64,000 nt of DNA from Candidatus Dormiibacterota bacterium (GTDB lineage: Bacteria > Chloroflexota > Dormibacteria > Aeolococcales > Aeolococcaceae). Shown in pieces: positions 25,668 through 37,375 of the stretch. The stretch is from NCBI GenBank assembly GCA_963717185.1, contig CAVQVY010000053.1:83-64082 (forward strand), read 5' to 3'. Made by a program: the position numbers and the translations under genes. The notes beneath the pieces were generated by a model, which made no database searches, had not been told where the DNA came from, and was given only the letters and a program-made list of their open reading frames with translations. How positions within the stretch are numbered: the stretch's first letter is position 1; every line of letters starts with the position of its first letter.

Positions 25668-25957
25668 TCACTCCTGGATCGCCCCCACCCTGAAGTACTC
25701 GCCATCGGTGTCGGGGGCGTTGGCGAGCGCCTGCTCCTCGCTCAGGCAGGGCTCGCGGCACGTCCTCGCGCCAGACGTTGACCAGGCTCGCCCACCTGCG
25801 CCGTCTCGGGGACGTCGGAGATGTCGGCGCGCTGCAGGGCGGAGATGTGGTCGAGGATCAGGTCGAGCTCGGCGCCGATCCGCCGCCTCTCCTCGTCGTC
25901 GAGGCCGAGCCGGGCGAGCATGGCGACGTGGGCGACCTCGTCGGGACTCAAGGGCAT
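25668..25957 (-). CDS. gatC: Amidotransferase subunit C (frameshifted)
   Basis: MPLSPDEVAHVAMLARL...ALANAPDTDGEYFRV; directly upstream of gatA. Confidence 0.9.
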
Positions 25958-25995
25958 CGCCACATTATTCGCGACCCACGGCGTGTGCCGTTCGC

Positions 25996-26470
25996 TCAGC
26001 GATCGGGAAGTGGCAGCCAGGTCAGCACCGCCTGCTCGGTGGGAGCGAAGCCGGCGGCGCGATACGCGGCCAGCGCGGGGTCGTTGTCGTCGCGCGTCCA
26101 GACCGACGCGAAGCTCACGTTGCGGCGGCGCAGGAACGCGATCGCCTCCGTGACCAGCGCTGCGGGCGACGCCGCCGCCGCGCACCTCGGGGCGCACGTA
26201 CAGCTCGGCGATCTCCGCCTCGAGGCCGGTGCCGGGGTCGAACAGCACCACCCAGCACACCCCGACGGCGTGGCCGGCTGCGTCGCGCGCCACCAGCAGG
26301 TGGTTCTCGCCACGAACGTCGGCGCCACCCGCAGCCGGCGCTCCACCTCCGCGCGGGTCTCGCGGCGGGTGGTCGTAGTGGGCCTGCTCGGCGAGGGTCA
26401 GGTCGACGAGCATGGCCGCGACCTCGGCGTCCTGCCCGGACATCTCCTCGATGCGGATCTCGTCGGACAC
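25996..26470 (-). CDS. GNAT family N-acetyltransferase (frameshifted)
   Basis: ELYVRPEVRGGGVA, NDPALAAYRAAGF. Confidence 0.8.
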
Positions 26471-26519
26471 GGGCGGAATTGTGAGCGGGGCGGTGCCCGG
26501 CGCCGCGGCGAGCCTGCGG

Positions 26520-28181
26520 TCAGTGGGTTGGCGTGGCCGCCGGGGTCGCCGGGGGAACCTGCACGGGAAGCGGCTGGACGCAGGGCGGCGGGGCCACGGC
26601 GTTGCCCACGGCTTTGGGGACGGGTCCGCAGGAGAAGCTCGGCGACGGCGGTGGCGACGGCGCGGTGCCGCCCACCTTGCGCCACGCCTTCCCGTCCCAC
26701 AGCCAGGTGTCGGAGCCGGTGGAGCGCGCCCCTGAGCTGCTCGTCACCCCGGAGAACGCCGAGCCCCCGAACAGCACCACTGTCCCCGCCGGCCCCTCGG
26801 CCATGGCCGCGCCGTCGCGGATTCCCGGGGTGGTCGAGAAGTCGTCCTGGGTCCACTGCCCCGCAGCCCACGTCCAGGTCTGCCCGGCGACCGTGAGCAC
26901 CACGATGTGTCCTCCGACAGCGGCAACGGTCGCGCCCGCGAGGCTCGGCGTCGCCTGGGGGAGGCCGACCTGCGAGACCTGCTTCCACGCCGTCCCGGTC
27001 CAGGTCCACGTGGTGACCAACGGCGTCGGAGGCGGAGGACACGGCACCGCCTTCACCGTCGTGCCGCCGCCCGGGCAGGCGTAGCTGCCGTCGTTCAGCC
27101 CGACCCCGTACTGGGTCATCAGGGTGGCGTGCTGGGTGGCCGGGTCGGTGAAGAGCAGCGTGATGCCGCTCCGCTGCACCGTCGAGTTGGCCGGAGCCCT
27201 GCTCCACGAGCCATGCGACCACGTCCACGTGGGGATGGACCCGTTGGTCAGGCAGCCGAGCAGCACGCCGCAGTTGACGGCCGGCTGGGGCGCGCCCGTG
27301 CTTGTACCCAGCGCCGGGCAGGCGATGTTGTCGTTGGTCGGCGCCTCGAGCGGAGGGCTGCATGCGTACGCGGACGGCGGCACCGCCACCACCTGCCGGG
27401 TGGTCGAGTCGTACGCCAGCTCCAGGCCGCCCGGGGGCGAAGTCGCCGACGACCCGGTGGCAACGCGCTTCCAGCCTCCGCCGCTGAACAGCCAGGTCTG
27501 CTCGACCGGTGCGGCCGGAGCAGGCGGAGCGCTCAAGGTGGGGACGCACGTCGCGACCGGCGGAATGGCGACCGCGGTGGGCAACGGGTCACTCAGCGGC
27601 GGGCCGGTCGGGCGGACCGGGGTGCGCCCGGGCACGCCGGACGACGCGCCGCCCGAGGCCGCGCCGGTCGACGATCCCACCGCGCACCCGCTCCCGCTGC
27701 TGCCACCGCCACTGGTCGCCGGCACTGGCGGCATCCCCACCAGGAGCACCCCGCCGTCGGCCGGGTCGTCCACCATGCGGACGCCCACCAGGGAGCCCGG
27801 CCCGCCGGCGGCGGAGCTCCACGAGGACCCGTTCCACGTCCAGGTGTCGTTCAAAGCCTTGCCCGACGAGGCGAACCCACCGAACATCACGGTGACCGCG
27901 GCGGTGAAGTCGTAGGCCATGGCGGCCCCGGTGCGTGCCGGCGGCGCGCCGGTCGAGCTCGAGGGCGCCCCGCCCTGGCGGGCGTTGCGCAGCGCCAGGA
28001 AGGTGCCGGCGCCGGCGACGGCCACCAGCACCGCAAGGGTCGTGGCCAGCGCCTGCGGCCAGCGCGACCCCGTGGTGCGGATCTCGAGGCCCGTCGTCCG
28101 GGTGGCGTAGCCGGCGGTCGAGGCCGGCGCCCTCAGCTCCTCGAAGGCGGCGGAGAGGTCGCGGTCGTCCGGTTCGCTCAT
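26520..28181 (-). CDS. Putative anti-sigma factor: single TM plus extracytoplasmic Kelch-like repeats
   Basis: ATGA overlap with ECF sigma; TM LATTLAVLVAVAGAGTFLAL; repeats GAAMAYD..MFGG..DTWTWNG, TWLWDG. Confidence 0.6.
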   Translation of the reverse strand: MSEPDDRDLSAAFEELRAPASTAGYATRTTGLEIRTTGSRWPQALATTLAVLVAVAGAGTFLALRNARQGGAPSSSTGAPPARTGAAMAYDFTAAVTVMFGGFASSGKALNDTWTWNGSSWSSAAGGPGSLVGVRMVDDPADGGVLLVGMPPVPATSGGGSSGSGCAVGSSTGAASGGASSGVPGRTPVRPTGPPLSDPLPTAVAIPPVATCVPTLSAPPAPAAPVEQTWLFSGGGWKRVATGSSATSPPGGLELAYDSTTRQVVAVPPSAYACSPPLEAPTNDNIACPALGTSTGAPQPAVNCGVLLGCLTNGSIPTWTWSHGSWSRAPANSTVQRSGITLLFTDPATQHATLMTQYGVGLNDGSYACPGGGTTVKAVPCPPPPTPLVTTWTWTGTAWKQVSQVGLPQATPSLAGATVAAVGGHIVVLTVAGQTWTWAAGQWTQDDFSTTPGIRDGAAMAEGPAGTVVLFGGSAFSGVTSSSGARSTGSDTWLWDGKAWRKVGGTAPSPPPSPSFSCGPVPKAVGNAVAPPPCVQPLPVQVPPATPAATPTH

Positions 28182-28711
28182 GTCACCTCCCTCAGCCTGG
28201 CGCGGACGCGCTCCAGGGCACGGTGTGTCGCCACCTTGGCCGCACCCTCGCGCATGCCAAGCACCTCCCCCACCTCGGCGAAGCTCAGGCCGCCGGCAAC
28301 ACGAAGACCCACCAGCTGACGGTCGCGGTCGCGCAGCGTCTCCATCGCCGCGCAGATGGAGCGCAGGTCATAACGCTGCTCGACGCTCTCCTCCACGCTG
28401 TCGGGAAACTGGCGGTCGCGACCGATGCGCGCGAGCAGGGAGCGCCGGCGTCCCTCGCGGCGGTACTGGTCGATCACAGCGTTGCGTGCGATCCGGAACA
28501 GCCAGGTGCGCACCCGGTCGGGGTCGGGCTGGACGCGCTGATACGCGGCGAAAGCGGCGGCGAACACGTCACCGGCGATGTCCTCGGCGGTCTGCTGGTC
28601 CCGGACCTGGGAGACGCAGAAGCGGTAGACGGCGTCTGCATGGTCGCGATACACCTCGTCGAATGGGGCCACCGCCCCTGCCAGACGTGCGCCGGTCATG
28701 GCGGCGATCAT
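28178..28711 (-). CDS. ECF RNA polymerase sigma factor
   Basis: AEDIAGDVF, WLFRIARNAVID, GLSFAEVGEVLG..KVATHRAL. Confidence 0.9.
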   Translation of the reverse strand: MIAAMTGARLAGAVAPFDEVYRDHADAVYRFCVSQVRDQQTAEDIAGDVFAAAFAAYQRVQPDPDRVRTWLFRIARNAVIDQYRREGRRRSLLARIGRDRQFPDSVEESVEQRYDLRSICAAMETLRDRDRQLVGLRVAGGLSFAEVGEVLGMREGAAKVATHRALERVRARLREVT

Positions 28712-28716
28712 CGACT

Positions 28717-28747
28717 GCACAGACGTCTGTGCGGGCGATTCGTCACA
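28717..28747 (-). promoter_or_regulatory. Candidate ECF-type promoter TGTGAC-N16-CGTC overlapping a 16-bp palindrome
   Basis: -35 at 28742-28747, -10 at 28722-28725, 10 nt before ATG 28711; GCACAGACGTCTGTGC at 28717-28732. Confidence 0.5.
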
Positions 28748-28788
28748 GCTCGGGGGCCGGGCGGCGCCGTCGCTACACTGCCAGCGCG

Positions 28789-29232
28789 ATGCAGAGCGAG
28801 GAGCCGTTGGTGACCGAAACGCCCCAGCCGAAGAACCCCGAGCGCCTCGAGAACGAGGCCCTCACCGCGCTGCAGCCCGGGTTCGCGCGTCTCATGCCCG
28901 AGATCGGGACGCGCATGTGGAAGGCGTACCACGCCGGCCGGGCGCAGAACTGGCAGCTGGCCACCTGGCAGCTCAAGGAGATGCGCAAGCTCTTCCGCCT
29001 CGGCAACGTCACCCGGCCCAAGTACGAGGCCAACGTCGAGGCCTTCATCGACGAGGATCTGTCCCCCCTCTTCGCCGCCTGCGAGGCCGCCGACCTCGCG
29101 GCGTTCGAGCGCGCGTTCACCGAGGCGGTCGACGCCGCCAACGAGTACCACCGCCGCTGGAACAAGGCATTCCTGGTGTGGAAGGTGCCGCAGACGCCCC
29201 CAGAGGACCTGGTGCTCGAACCGCAGTCCTGA
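28789..29232 (+). CDS. Hypothetical helical protein
   Basis: TACACT 9 nt before ATG; 147 aa with strong GC3 codon bias; PGFARLM..NWQLA..AANEYH. Confidence 0.75.
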   Translation: MQSEEPLVTETPQPKNPERLENEALTALQPGFARLMPEIGTRMWKAYHAGRAQNWQLATWQLKEMRKLFRLGNVTRPKYEANVEAFIDEDLSPLFAACEAADLAAFERAFTEAVDAANEYHRRWNKAFLVWKVPQTPPEDLVLEPQS

Positions 29233-29271
29233 CCCGGCGCGCGCTGCGGCGACTTCTGCTACACCGGGCCG

Positions 29272-29907
29272 GTGCGTGGTGATGTCGCGGTGATGCTGGA
29301 CACGCTCCGCCGGGGCGGCATCAGCGACGCGCGCGTCCTCGACGCGATGGCGTCGGTGCCGCGCGAGCTGTTCGTGCTCCCCGAGCAGCAGGACGACGCG
29401 TACGCGGACCGGGCGCTGGCCATCGACTGCGGCCAGACCATCTCCCAGCCCCTGATGGTCGCCCTGGTGGTCCAGGCGCTCGAGATCCATGCCGGGGATT
29501 CCGTGCTCGACGTCGGCACCGGCTCCGGGTACCAGGCCGCCGTGCTCGCGGCCACCGGGGCGCGGGTGGTCGGCGTCGAGCGCCTTCCGCTCCTGGCAGA
29601 GGCGGCGCAGCGCCGCCTGCACGAGGCGGGCTTCGACGTCGCGGTCCACGTCGGTGACGGCACCCTTGGGCTCCCCGAGCTGGCTCCCTTCGATGCCATC
29701 GCGGTTGCCGCCACGGCGCCGTGGCTGCCCCCGGCGCTGCCTCGCCAGCTCAGCGAGGGTGGCCGGCTGGTGATCCCGCTGCATCGAGAGGGAGACGCCA
29801 TGGACGAGCTGGTGCGCCTCCGGCTGGTCGAGGGGCGCTGGGTGACCGACAGCCTCGGGCCCTGCCGTTTCGTCCCGCTGATCGGGGGCGACGCCTACCT
29901 GGCCTGA
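29272..29907 (+). CDS. pcm: Protein-L-isoaspartate O-methyltransferase
   Basis: VPRELFV, GQTISQP, VLDVGTGSGYQAA, GDGTLG, CRFVPL. Confidence 0.92.
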   Translation: MRGDVAVMLDTLRRGGISDARVLDAMASVPRELFVLPEQQDDAYADRALAIDCGQTISQPLMVALVVQALEIHAGDSVLDVGTGSGYQAAVLAATGARVVGVERLPLLAEAAQRRLHEAGFDVAVHVGDGTLGLPELAPFDAIAVAATAPWLPPALPRQLSEGGRLVIPLHREGDAMDELVRLRLVEGRWVTDSLGPCRFVPLIGGDAYLA

Positions 29908-30257
29908 GAGGTGCCGGCCGGGACCCGGAACATGCGCACCAGCGGTCCGCCGCCGATCCGCTCCACGGCCTCCCGGGCCGATGCGCCGAAGGCGGTCTGC
30001 AGCACGATCGACACCTCGCTGTCGGCCGGCGGCTGGTCGAGGCTGGTGCGGGTCAGCGTCACCGCGTACTGGTCGATCCCGTCGTCGCGGTTGGGGTACC
30101 GCGACCGGGTCATGGCCACGCGCAGGCCGAGCTCGGCAAGGTCGACCTGGTGCCGCCCGGCGACCTTGATCCCCGGCGGGCTGTCGAAGTCCTCGTCGGC
30201 TCGCTCGCGGAGGCCCCGCAGCAGATCCCCGGTCCCGGCACCTTCGGGTTCACCCAC
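29895..30257 (-). CDS. Hypothetical protein
   Basis: 120-aa ORF with plausible composition filling the pcm-dnaK gap. Confidence 0.55.
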   Translation of the reverse strand: MGEPEGAGTGDLLRGLRERADEDFDSPPGIKVAGRHQVDLAELGLRVAMTRSRYPNRDDGIDQYAVTLTRTSLDQPPADSEVSIVLQTAFGASAREAVERIGGGPLVRMFRVPAGTSQAR

Positions 30258-30394
30258 GCGCGCAGCGTACCGTCACCGCGGGACGCGGCACGTTTAGCAT
30301 CACGGTGGCGCGAGGTATCCCAGCATCAGCGGCGCAGCGCGCGCGCACCAACCTGAATTCCCCGATTCGCAAGCACCCGGGAGGGATCAACCCC

Positions 30395-32299
<1,905 letters not shown>

Positions 32300-32317
32300 A
32301 GCGCTTTCAGGAGGAGG

Positions 32318-32346
32318 CCGGCACCCTGCGGTGCCGGGCTTTCTTC
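32318..32346 (+). terminator. Intrinsic terminator after dnaK
   Basis: CCGGCACC-CTGC-GGTGCCGG followed by GCTTTCTTC. Confidence 0.7.
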
Positions 32347-32483
32347 ATGTAACGCGCTCTTGGTTGTTCCGCCGACCAATCAGCCCCTTTTATTTGGCCA
32401 CGTTCGCGGCGCATGATCCCTTTCGCCATGCCACCACCGGAGTCGTCCGGAGGGGGCTTCACGACCGAGAGGAGGCGCAGCAC

Positions 32484-33098
32484 ATGGCACAAGGATTCCA
32501 GGACACGGCAGTGAGGACGCCGGAGAACCCGGCGACGCTCGTGGGCGACCCGGCGCCGCTGGGCCTCGCAGGGTTCGCCTTCACCACGGCGCTGCTGATG
32601 CTTGTCAAGACGCAGATCCTTCCGGCGGGCGATACAGTGCTGGTGCTCTCCATGGCCCTGGCCTTTGGCGGCCTGGCGCAGTTTGTGGCGGGCATGTGGG
32701 CGTTCAAGCGCGGGAACACATTCGCCGGCACCGCCTTCACCGCCTTCGGTGCCTTCTGGCTCAGCTTCTACCTCCTGGTGGTGGTCTTCATCCCGCTGGT
32801 CCCGAAGACCGCGGGTGTCCATGACGTCAGCAATTTCGTCGGCTGGTACGAGTTGCTGTGGGGTGTGTTCACCGCCTACATGTTCATCGCATCCCTGGCG
32901 GGGGCCCGTGCGATTCAGGTCGTGTTCTTCCTCCTGGCCGTCACGTTCGTGGTGCTTGCCATCGGTGACTTCACCACCACGACCGGCATCACCCAGGTTG
33001 GGGGGTGGATCGGCTTCGCCACCGCCCTGGCGGCGATCTACGCGTCCTTCGCCGACGTGACGAATGCCAACTTCAAGAGGCGCGTCCTGCCAACCTGA
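32484..33098 (+). CDS. Acetate uptake transporter (SatP/GPR1/FUN34/YaaH family)
   Basis: GGAGG RBS; DPAPLGLAGFA, FGGLAQFVAG, GNTFAGTAF..FGAFW; next to acs. Confidence 0.9.
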   Translation: MAQGFQDTAVRTPENPATLVGDPAPLGLAGFAFTTALLMLVKTQILPAGDTVLVLSMALAFGGLAQFVAGMWAFKRGNTFAGTAFTAFGAFWLSFYLLVVVFIPLVPKTAGVHDVSNFVGWYELLWGVFTAYMFIASLAGARAIQVVFFLLAVTFVVLAIGDFTTTTGITQVGGWIGFATALAAIYASFADVTNANFKRRVLPT

Positions 33099-33156
33099 GG
33101 AGACAGCACAGACGACGGACCAGCGGCGCGCCACGCGCGCGGAGGAGACCAACCTG

Positions 33157-35127
33157 ATGGCTCAGACGGCTTCGGATTCCACCATCGATGCCCTTCTCAA
33201 GGAGGGCCGGACGTTCCCACCCAGCGCGGAGTTCACGGCGCAGGCAAACGTTCGCGACGACAGTCTCTATCGAGAGGCCGAGGCGGATCCGGAGGCGTTC
33301 TGGGCGCGTCAGGCGGAGAAGTACCTGAGCTTCTCGACCCCCTTCGACACCATCCTCGAATGGAAGCTCCCCTTTGCACGCTGGTTCATCGGCGGCAAGC
33401 TCAACGCCAGCTACCAGTGTCTCGACCGGCACGTCGAGGCCGGGCGAGGCGGCAAGGTCGCCTACCTCTGGGAGGGCGAGCCCGGTGACACCCGCAGCAT
33501 CACCTACGCCGAGCTGCTCGAGGAGGTCTGCCGGTTCGCCAACGCACTCCGCGGCCTGGGCGTCAAGCGCGGCGACCGTGTCGGCATCTACATGGGGATG
33601 GTCCCCGAGCTGCCGGTGGCCATGCTCGCCTGCGCGCGCATCGGTGCGGCGCACTCGGTGGTGTTCGGTGGCTTCTCGGCGGAGGCCGTCGCAGACCGCA
33701 TGAACGACTCCGGCTCGGTGTGCCTGATCACCCAGGACGAGGCGTGGCGCCGCGGCGCCACGGTGCCACTGAAGCGCAACGTCGACGACGCGCTGGCCAA
33801 GACGGAGACCATCCGCACGGTGGTGGTGGTTCGCCGGACCGGGAACGACGTCCCCATGCAGGACGGGCGCGATCATTGGTACCACGAGCTGGTCGCCGAG
33901 CAACCCGCGACGTGCGAGCCCGAGGCGATGGACAGCGAGGATCTCCTCTTCACGCTGTACACCTCGGGAACCACCGCCAAGCCCAAGGGCATCAAGCACA
34001 CCACCGCGGGATACCTGCTCCAGACGATGTACACGCACGAGCTGGTGTTCGACATCCACCCCGACAGCGTCTACTGGTGCGCCGCCGACATCGGCTGGGT
34101 GACCGGGCACAGCTACATCGTCTATGGCCCGCTTGGCAATGGCGTGACCTCCGTCATGTACGAGGGCACCCCGGATTTCCCCGACAAGGACCGCTGGTGG
34201 GCGACCATCGAGAAGTACGGCATCACCGTGCTGTACTGCGCGCCGACCGCGATCCGGACGTTCATGAAGTGGGGCCGCGAGTTCCCCGACAAGCACGACC
34301 TCTCATCGCTGCGCGTCCTCGGCACCGTCGGCGAGCCGATCAACCCGGAGGCGTGGATCTGGTACAGGGAGATGATCGGCGGCGGTCGCATCCCTGTGGT
34401 CGACACCTGGTGGCAGACCGAGACCGGTGGCATCATGATCGCGCCGCTGCCGGGGGTCACGACGCTGAAGCCGGGCTCGGCGACGCGTCCGTTGCCCGGG
34501 ATCGGCGCATCCGTGGTCGACGAGCAGGGCAACGACGTGCCGCTGGGCGGAGGTGGCTACGTGGTGCTCACCCGGCCGTGGCCGGGGATGCTGCGCGGCA
34601 TCTGGGGCGACGACGAGCGCTACAAGGAGACGTACTGGAAGAAGTACGGCGACCGCTACTTCGCCGGCGACGGCGCGCGCATCGACGACGAGGGCTACTT
34701 CTGGTTCATGGGCCGCGTCGACGACGTCATGAACGTCAGCGGCCACCGGATCAGCACCACCGAGGTCGAGTCAGCGCTGGTCGACCATCCCAAGGTCGCC
34801 GAGGCCGCGGTGACCGCCAAGGCCGACGAGCAGACGGGCCAGGCAGTGGCCGCGTTCGTCACCCTGCGCGGTGGGTTCGAGGAGAGCACCGAGCTCGCCG
34901 CCGAGCTGCGTGAGCACGTGGGCAAACTGATCGGGGCCATCGCCAAGCCCAAGTGGATCACGTTCACCCCGGAGCTGCCCAAGACCCGCAGCGGCAAGAT
35001 CATGCGCCGCCTGCTTCGTGACATCTCCGAGAAGCGCACCCTGGGTGACACCACCACGCTGGCCGACGCCAACGTCGTCAAGGAGCTGCAGAGTCGCGCA
35101 GCGGAAGAGGCGGATAAGGAACAGTAG
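33157..35127 (+). CDS. acs: Acetate--CoA ligase
   Basis: LYTSGTTAKPKG, DIGWVTGHSY, DTWWQTETGG, PKTRSGKIMRR. Confidence 0.97.
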   Translation: MAQTASDSTIDALLKEGRTFPPSAEFTAQANVRDDSLYREAEADPEAFWARQAEKYLSFSTPFDTILEWKLPFARWFIGGKLNASYQCLDRHVEAGRGGKVAYLWEGEPGDTRSITYAELLEEVCRFANALRGLGVKRGDRVGIYMGMVPELPVAMLACARIGAAHSVVFGGFSAEAVADRMNDSGSVCLITQDEAWRRGATVPLKRNVDDALAKTETIRTVVVVRRTGNDVPMQDGRDHWYHELVAEQPATCEPEAMDSEDLLFTLYTSGTTAKPKGIKHTTAGYLLQTMYTHELVFDIHPDSVYWCAADIGWVTGHSYIVYGPLGNGVTSVMYEGTPDFPDKDRWWATIEKYGITVLYCAPTAIRTFMKWGREFPDKHDLSSLRVLGTVGEPINPEAWIWYREMIGGGRIPVVDTWWQTETGGIMIAPLPGVTTLKPGSATRPLPGIGASVVDEQGNDVPLGGGGYVVLTRPWPGMLRGIWGDDERYKETYWKKYGDRYFAGDGARIDDEGYFWFMGRVDDVMNVSGHRISTTEVESALVDHPKVAEAAVTAKADEQTGQAVAAFVTLRGGFEESTELAAELREHVGKLIGAIAKPKWITFTPELPKTRSGKIMRRLLRDISEKRTLGDTTTLADANVVKELQSRAAEEADKEQ

Positions 35128-35156
35128 AGCGAGAGGAACGCAGTTCCCCCCTCGCT
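35128..35156. terminator. Hairpin between convergent acs and Tim44-like gene
   Basis: AGCGAGAGGAAC-GCA-GTTCCCCCCTCGCT. Confidence 0.5.
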
Positions 35157-36087
35157 ATTGCACTTGATCGATCCTGGCAAGTACCCAGTCGTAGTCGCCG
35201 CTCATGATCGGGGCCTTGCAGTAGGAGCACACGCCGCTGAGATCGACGTCGAGTGGCGCGCCGCAGTTGGGGCAGTGCTGCGCCATCGTGCCGCCGTCGG
35301 GACGGGTGGTGGCCTTCGACGACCGCTCGAACAACCAGTCCTCGTACCACTCGCGCACGCTGTGATCGCCACGCACCACCTTGTTGGTGGCCACGTCGAC
35401 GTCGTAGTCGGCGCACGCGGCGTGCATGCGCAGCTGGATGTGGTCGTGATGCTGGTCGCTCCCGGCGCTGATGATCGTGGCCCCGGCGAGTGCGAGGTTG
35501 TCGAGGATGTTGCGCTGGCCCTTGGCGACGTACTGCTCGATCTGGGCGCGATGCTGGTCCCACAGCGTGTCGGACATGACGCGACGGCTCTCCTCGGGCT
35601 TGCAGTCGCTCCACGCCTTCTCCACGATGAAGAACTCGCGCTGTGCCTGGTTGATGAACTCCGTCTCGTCGAACTGAGGGTCGTGCGCGCGGATCGCCGC
35701 GAGGCCTGACGCCACGGTGTCGACCGGCGCGGCGCCTGGTCGCCGACACCGAAGCCGGCAGGCACACCCATCGGGCGGTCGTCTCCGTACGACGACGGCA
35801 CGTAGCCGCCCTGTGGCACGCGCTGCGGTCCGTGGTACGACATGCGCCGCCAGGCGTTGAACGCGGTCAGCAGCAGGAAGATGAAGAACACCGGGCCGCC
35901 GCCGAAGAAGAGCAGTGACAGGAGTCCCGAGCGAGCCCAGGCCTCCCCCGCCGTAGTAGCCGCCGCCACCGTAGTAACCGCCACCGCCGAACCCACCTCC
36001 GCCGCCGAGGCCGCCGCCGCCGAAGCCCTGGCCGCCGCCGGCGCGGAGCAGGACTGCGTGGTGCAGCAGCAGGTGCGCGGTGGTCAC
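35155..36087 (-). CDS. Tim44-like domain protein with Gly-rich N-terminus and C-terminal zinc ribbon
   Basis: RAGGGQGFGGGG, DPQFDETEF, EDWLFERS, CPNCGAP..CSYC; GGAGG RBS before GTG 36087. Confidence 0.75.
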   Translation of the reverse strand: MTTAHLLLHHAVLLRAGGGQGFGGGGLGGGGGFGGGGYYGGGGYYGGGGLGSLGTPVTALLRRRPGVLHLPAADRVQRLAAHVVPRTAARATGRLRAVVVRRRPPDGCACRLRCRRPGAAPVDTVASGLAAIRAHDPQFDETEFINQAQREFFIVEKAWSDCKPEESRRVMSDTLWDQHRAQIEQYVAKGQRNILDNLALAGATIISAGSDQHHDHIQLRMHAACADYDVDVATNKVVRGDHSVREWYEDWLFERSSKATTRPDGGTMAQHCPNCGAPLDVDLSGVCSYCKAPIMSGDYDWVLARIDQVQ

Positions 36088-36636
36088 TGACGGCCTCCAG
36101 GTGTCGCCGGGCGCCGGGGGCGGCAGCGGATAGCCGTCGACCCGCTCGTCGCTCACGTCGGAGCGGTCGCCGAGCAGGCGTGCGAACAGCCCCTGGAGGA
36201 GGATCGGGATGGCGATGGCGACGATGCCGAGGATGAACGTCGGCGAGTTGGGCAGGTTCGCCTCGTTGCTGAGGCCGTTGTAGCAGAAGAGCGCCTCGAC
36301 GAACGAGATGCCGATGATCAGCGCCAGGCCGACCACCAGGACCACCTCCTGGTTGCTGTCCTCGAGCGGGCCGAACCGTGGAAAGCGCGCCTTGGCGATG
36401 CGGTAGATCTTCAGCGCTGTCCAGGAGTTCAGCATCAGGCCGCTCACGAACGCGAGCACGCTGATGCCGAGTCGGAACTCGGCGAGGTGGTGCACGATGA
36501 ACGCGGCGATGTTGACGACGATCAGCCCGATCGGGGTCACCGCCCCGATGGTCGGGATGGTCCAGCGGCGCAGCTGCGCGCCGACGCCGCGGCGCCTGGG
36601 CAGGTCGAGCTCGCTGCGGTGCGTGCGGGTGGACAT
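36084..36636 (-). CDS. Hypothetical 4-TM membrane protein (appears fused to next gene, probably by an indel)
   Basis: TACTCT 6 nt before ATG 36636; four hydrophobic helices; GTGA junction at 36084-36087. Confidence 0.6.
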
Positions 36637-36762
36637 GGCCTAAGAGTACGGGGCCTCGGGCGCTTGGGGGGCCGCACGATCGGGGTCGCCGATACACAGC
36701 CGTATCCGCTTTGCGAAGGCGTCCTCTGACCCGCGCCGGCCACCCGCCCATAGGCTCGGTGG

Positions 36763-37362
36763 ATGCCCTCTCGTGGACTGCGCGGACTGTGGCTCCGCAG
36801 CTTCACCGCTGTCGCCGCCTGCCTCGTCGCCCTCGCATCCACGGGCGCCCTGGTGGCCGCCGCCGTGGTCGCGCCCACGCCTACCCCCTCACTGTCGAGC
36901 TCGCCGGTCAAGTCCACAGACGGGAAGGACATCACCATCGCACCGCTGCCCAAGCTCGCCACCCCGAAGCCGGTCGCCATCAAGCCCATCCCGGCGCCCA
37001 AGCCTCCCACGGTCGCCCCGACCCCGCGACCCGTGGACCACCCCGCGCCGGCTCCAAAGGTCGCTGCCCCGCCGGCCTCGGTGCACGCGGTGCACCCAGC
37101 GCACCCCGCCGCGCCTGCACCGGCCGTTCCCACCGCACGGGTCGTGGTTGACAGCTCCGACCCGGCGCCGTTCTCTGCTGAGGCGGTCGCCGCCACGGAA
37201 GCCGCGCGGGTGCTCCCCGTGGAGAGCCTGGGACCGCTCAGTGGGATCAGCTTCGGCAGCGGGCTCTTCGTCTGGCCCCTGCTCCTGGCCGTCGACGTCC
37301 TCGCACTCGCCGTGATCGCACGGATGGCTCTTCGCCGGCGCATCGCCTCGCCGGAGGACTGA
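36763..37362 (+). CDS. Pro/Ala-rich exported protein with C-terminal TM anchor
   Basis: Signal peptide, Pro-rich linker, C-terminal hydrophobic helix then RRR; TAGGCT 6 nt before ATG. Confidence 0.65.
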   Translation: MPSRGLRGLWLRSFTAVAACLVALASTGALVAAAVVAPTPTPSLSSSPVKSTDGKDITIAPLPKLATPKPVAIKPIPAPKPPTVAPTPRPVDHPAPAPKVAAPPASVHAVHPAHPAAPAPAVPTARVVVDSSDPAPFSAEAVAATEAARVLPVESLGPLSGISFGSGLFVWPLLLAVDVLALAVIARMALRRRIASPED

Positions 37363-37375
37363 CCCGCACGGCGGG

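Noticed and set aside
35155-36636. Novel 4-TM/Tim44 fusion protein
   Set aside because: An internal RBS and a GTGA junction at 36084-36087 suggest two genes joined by an indel
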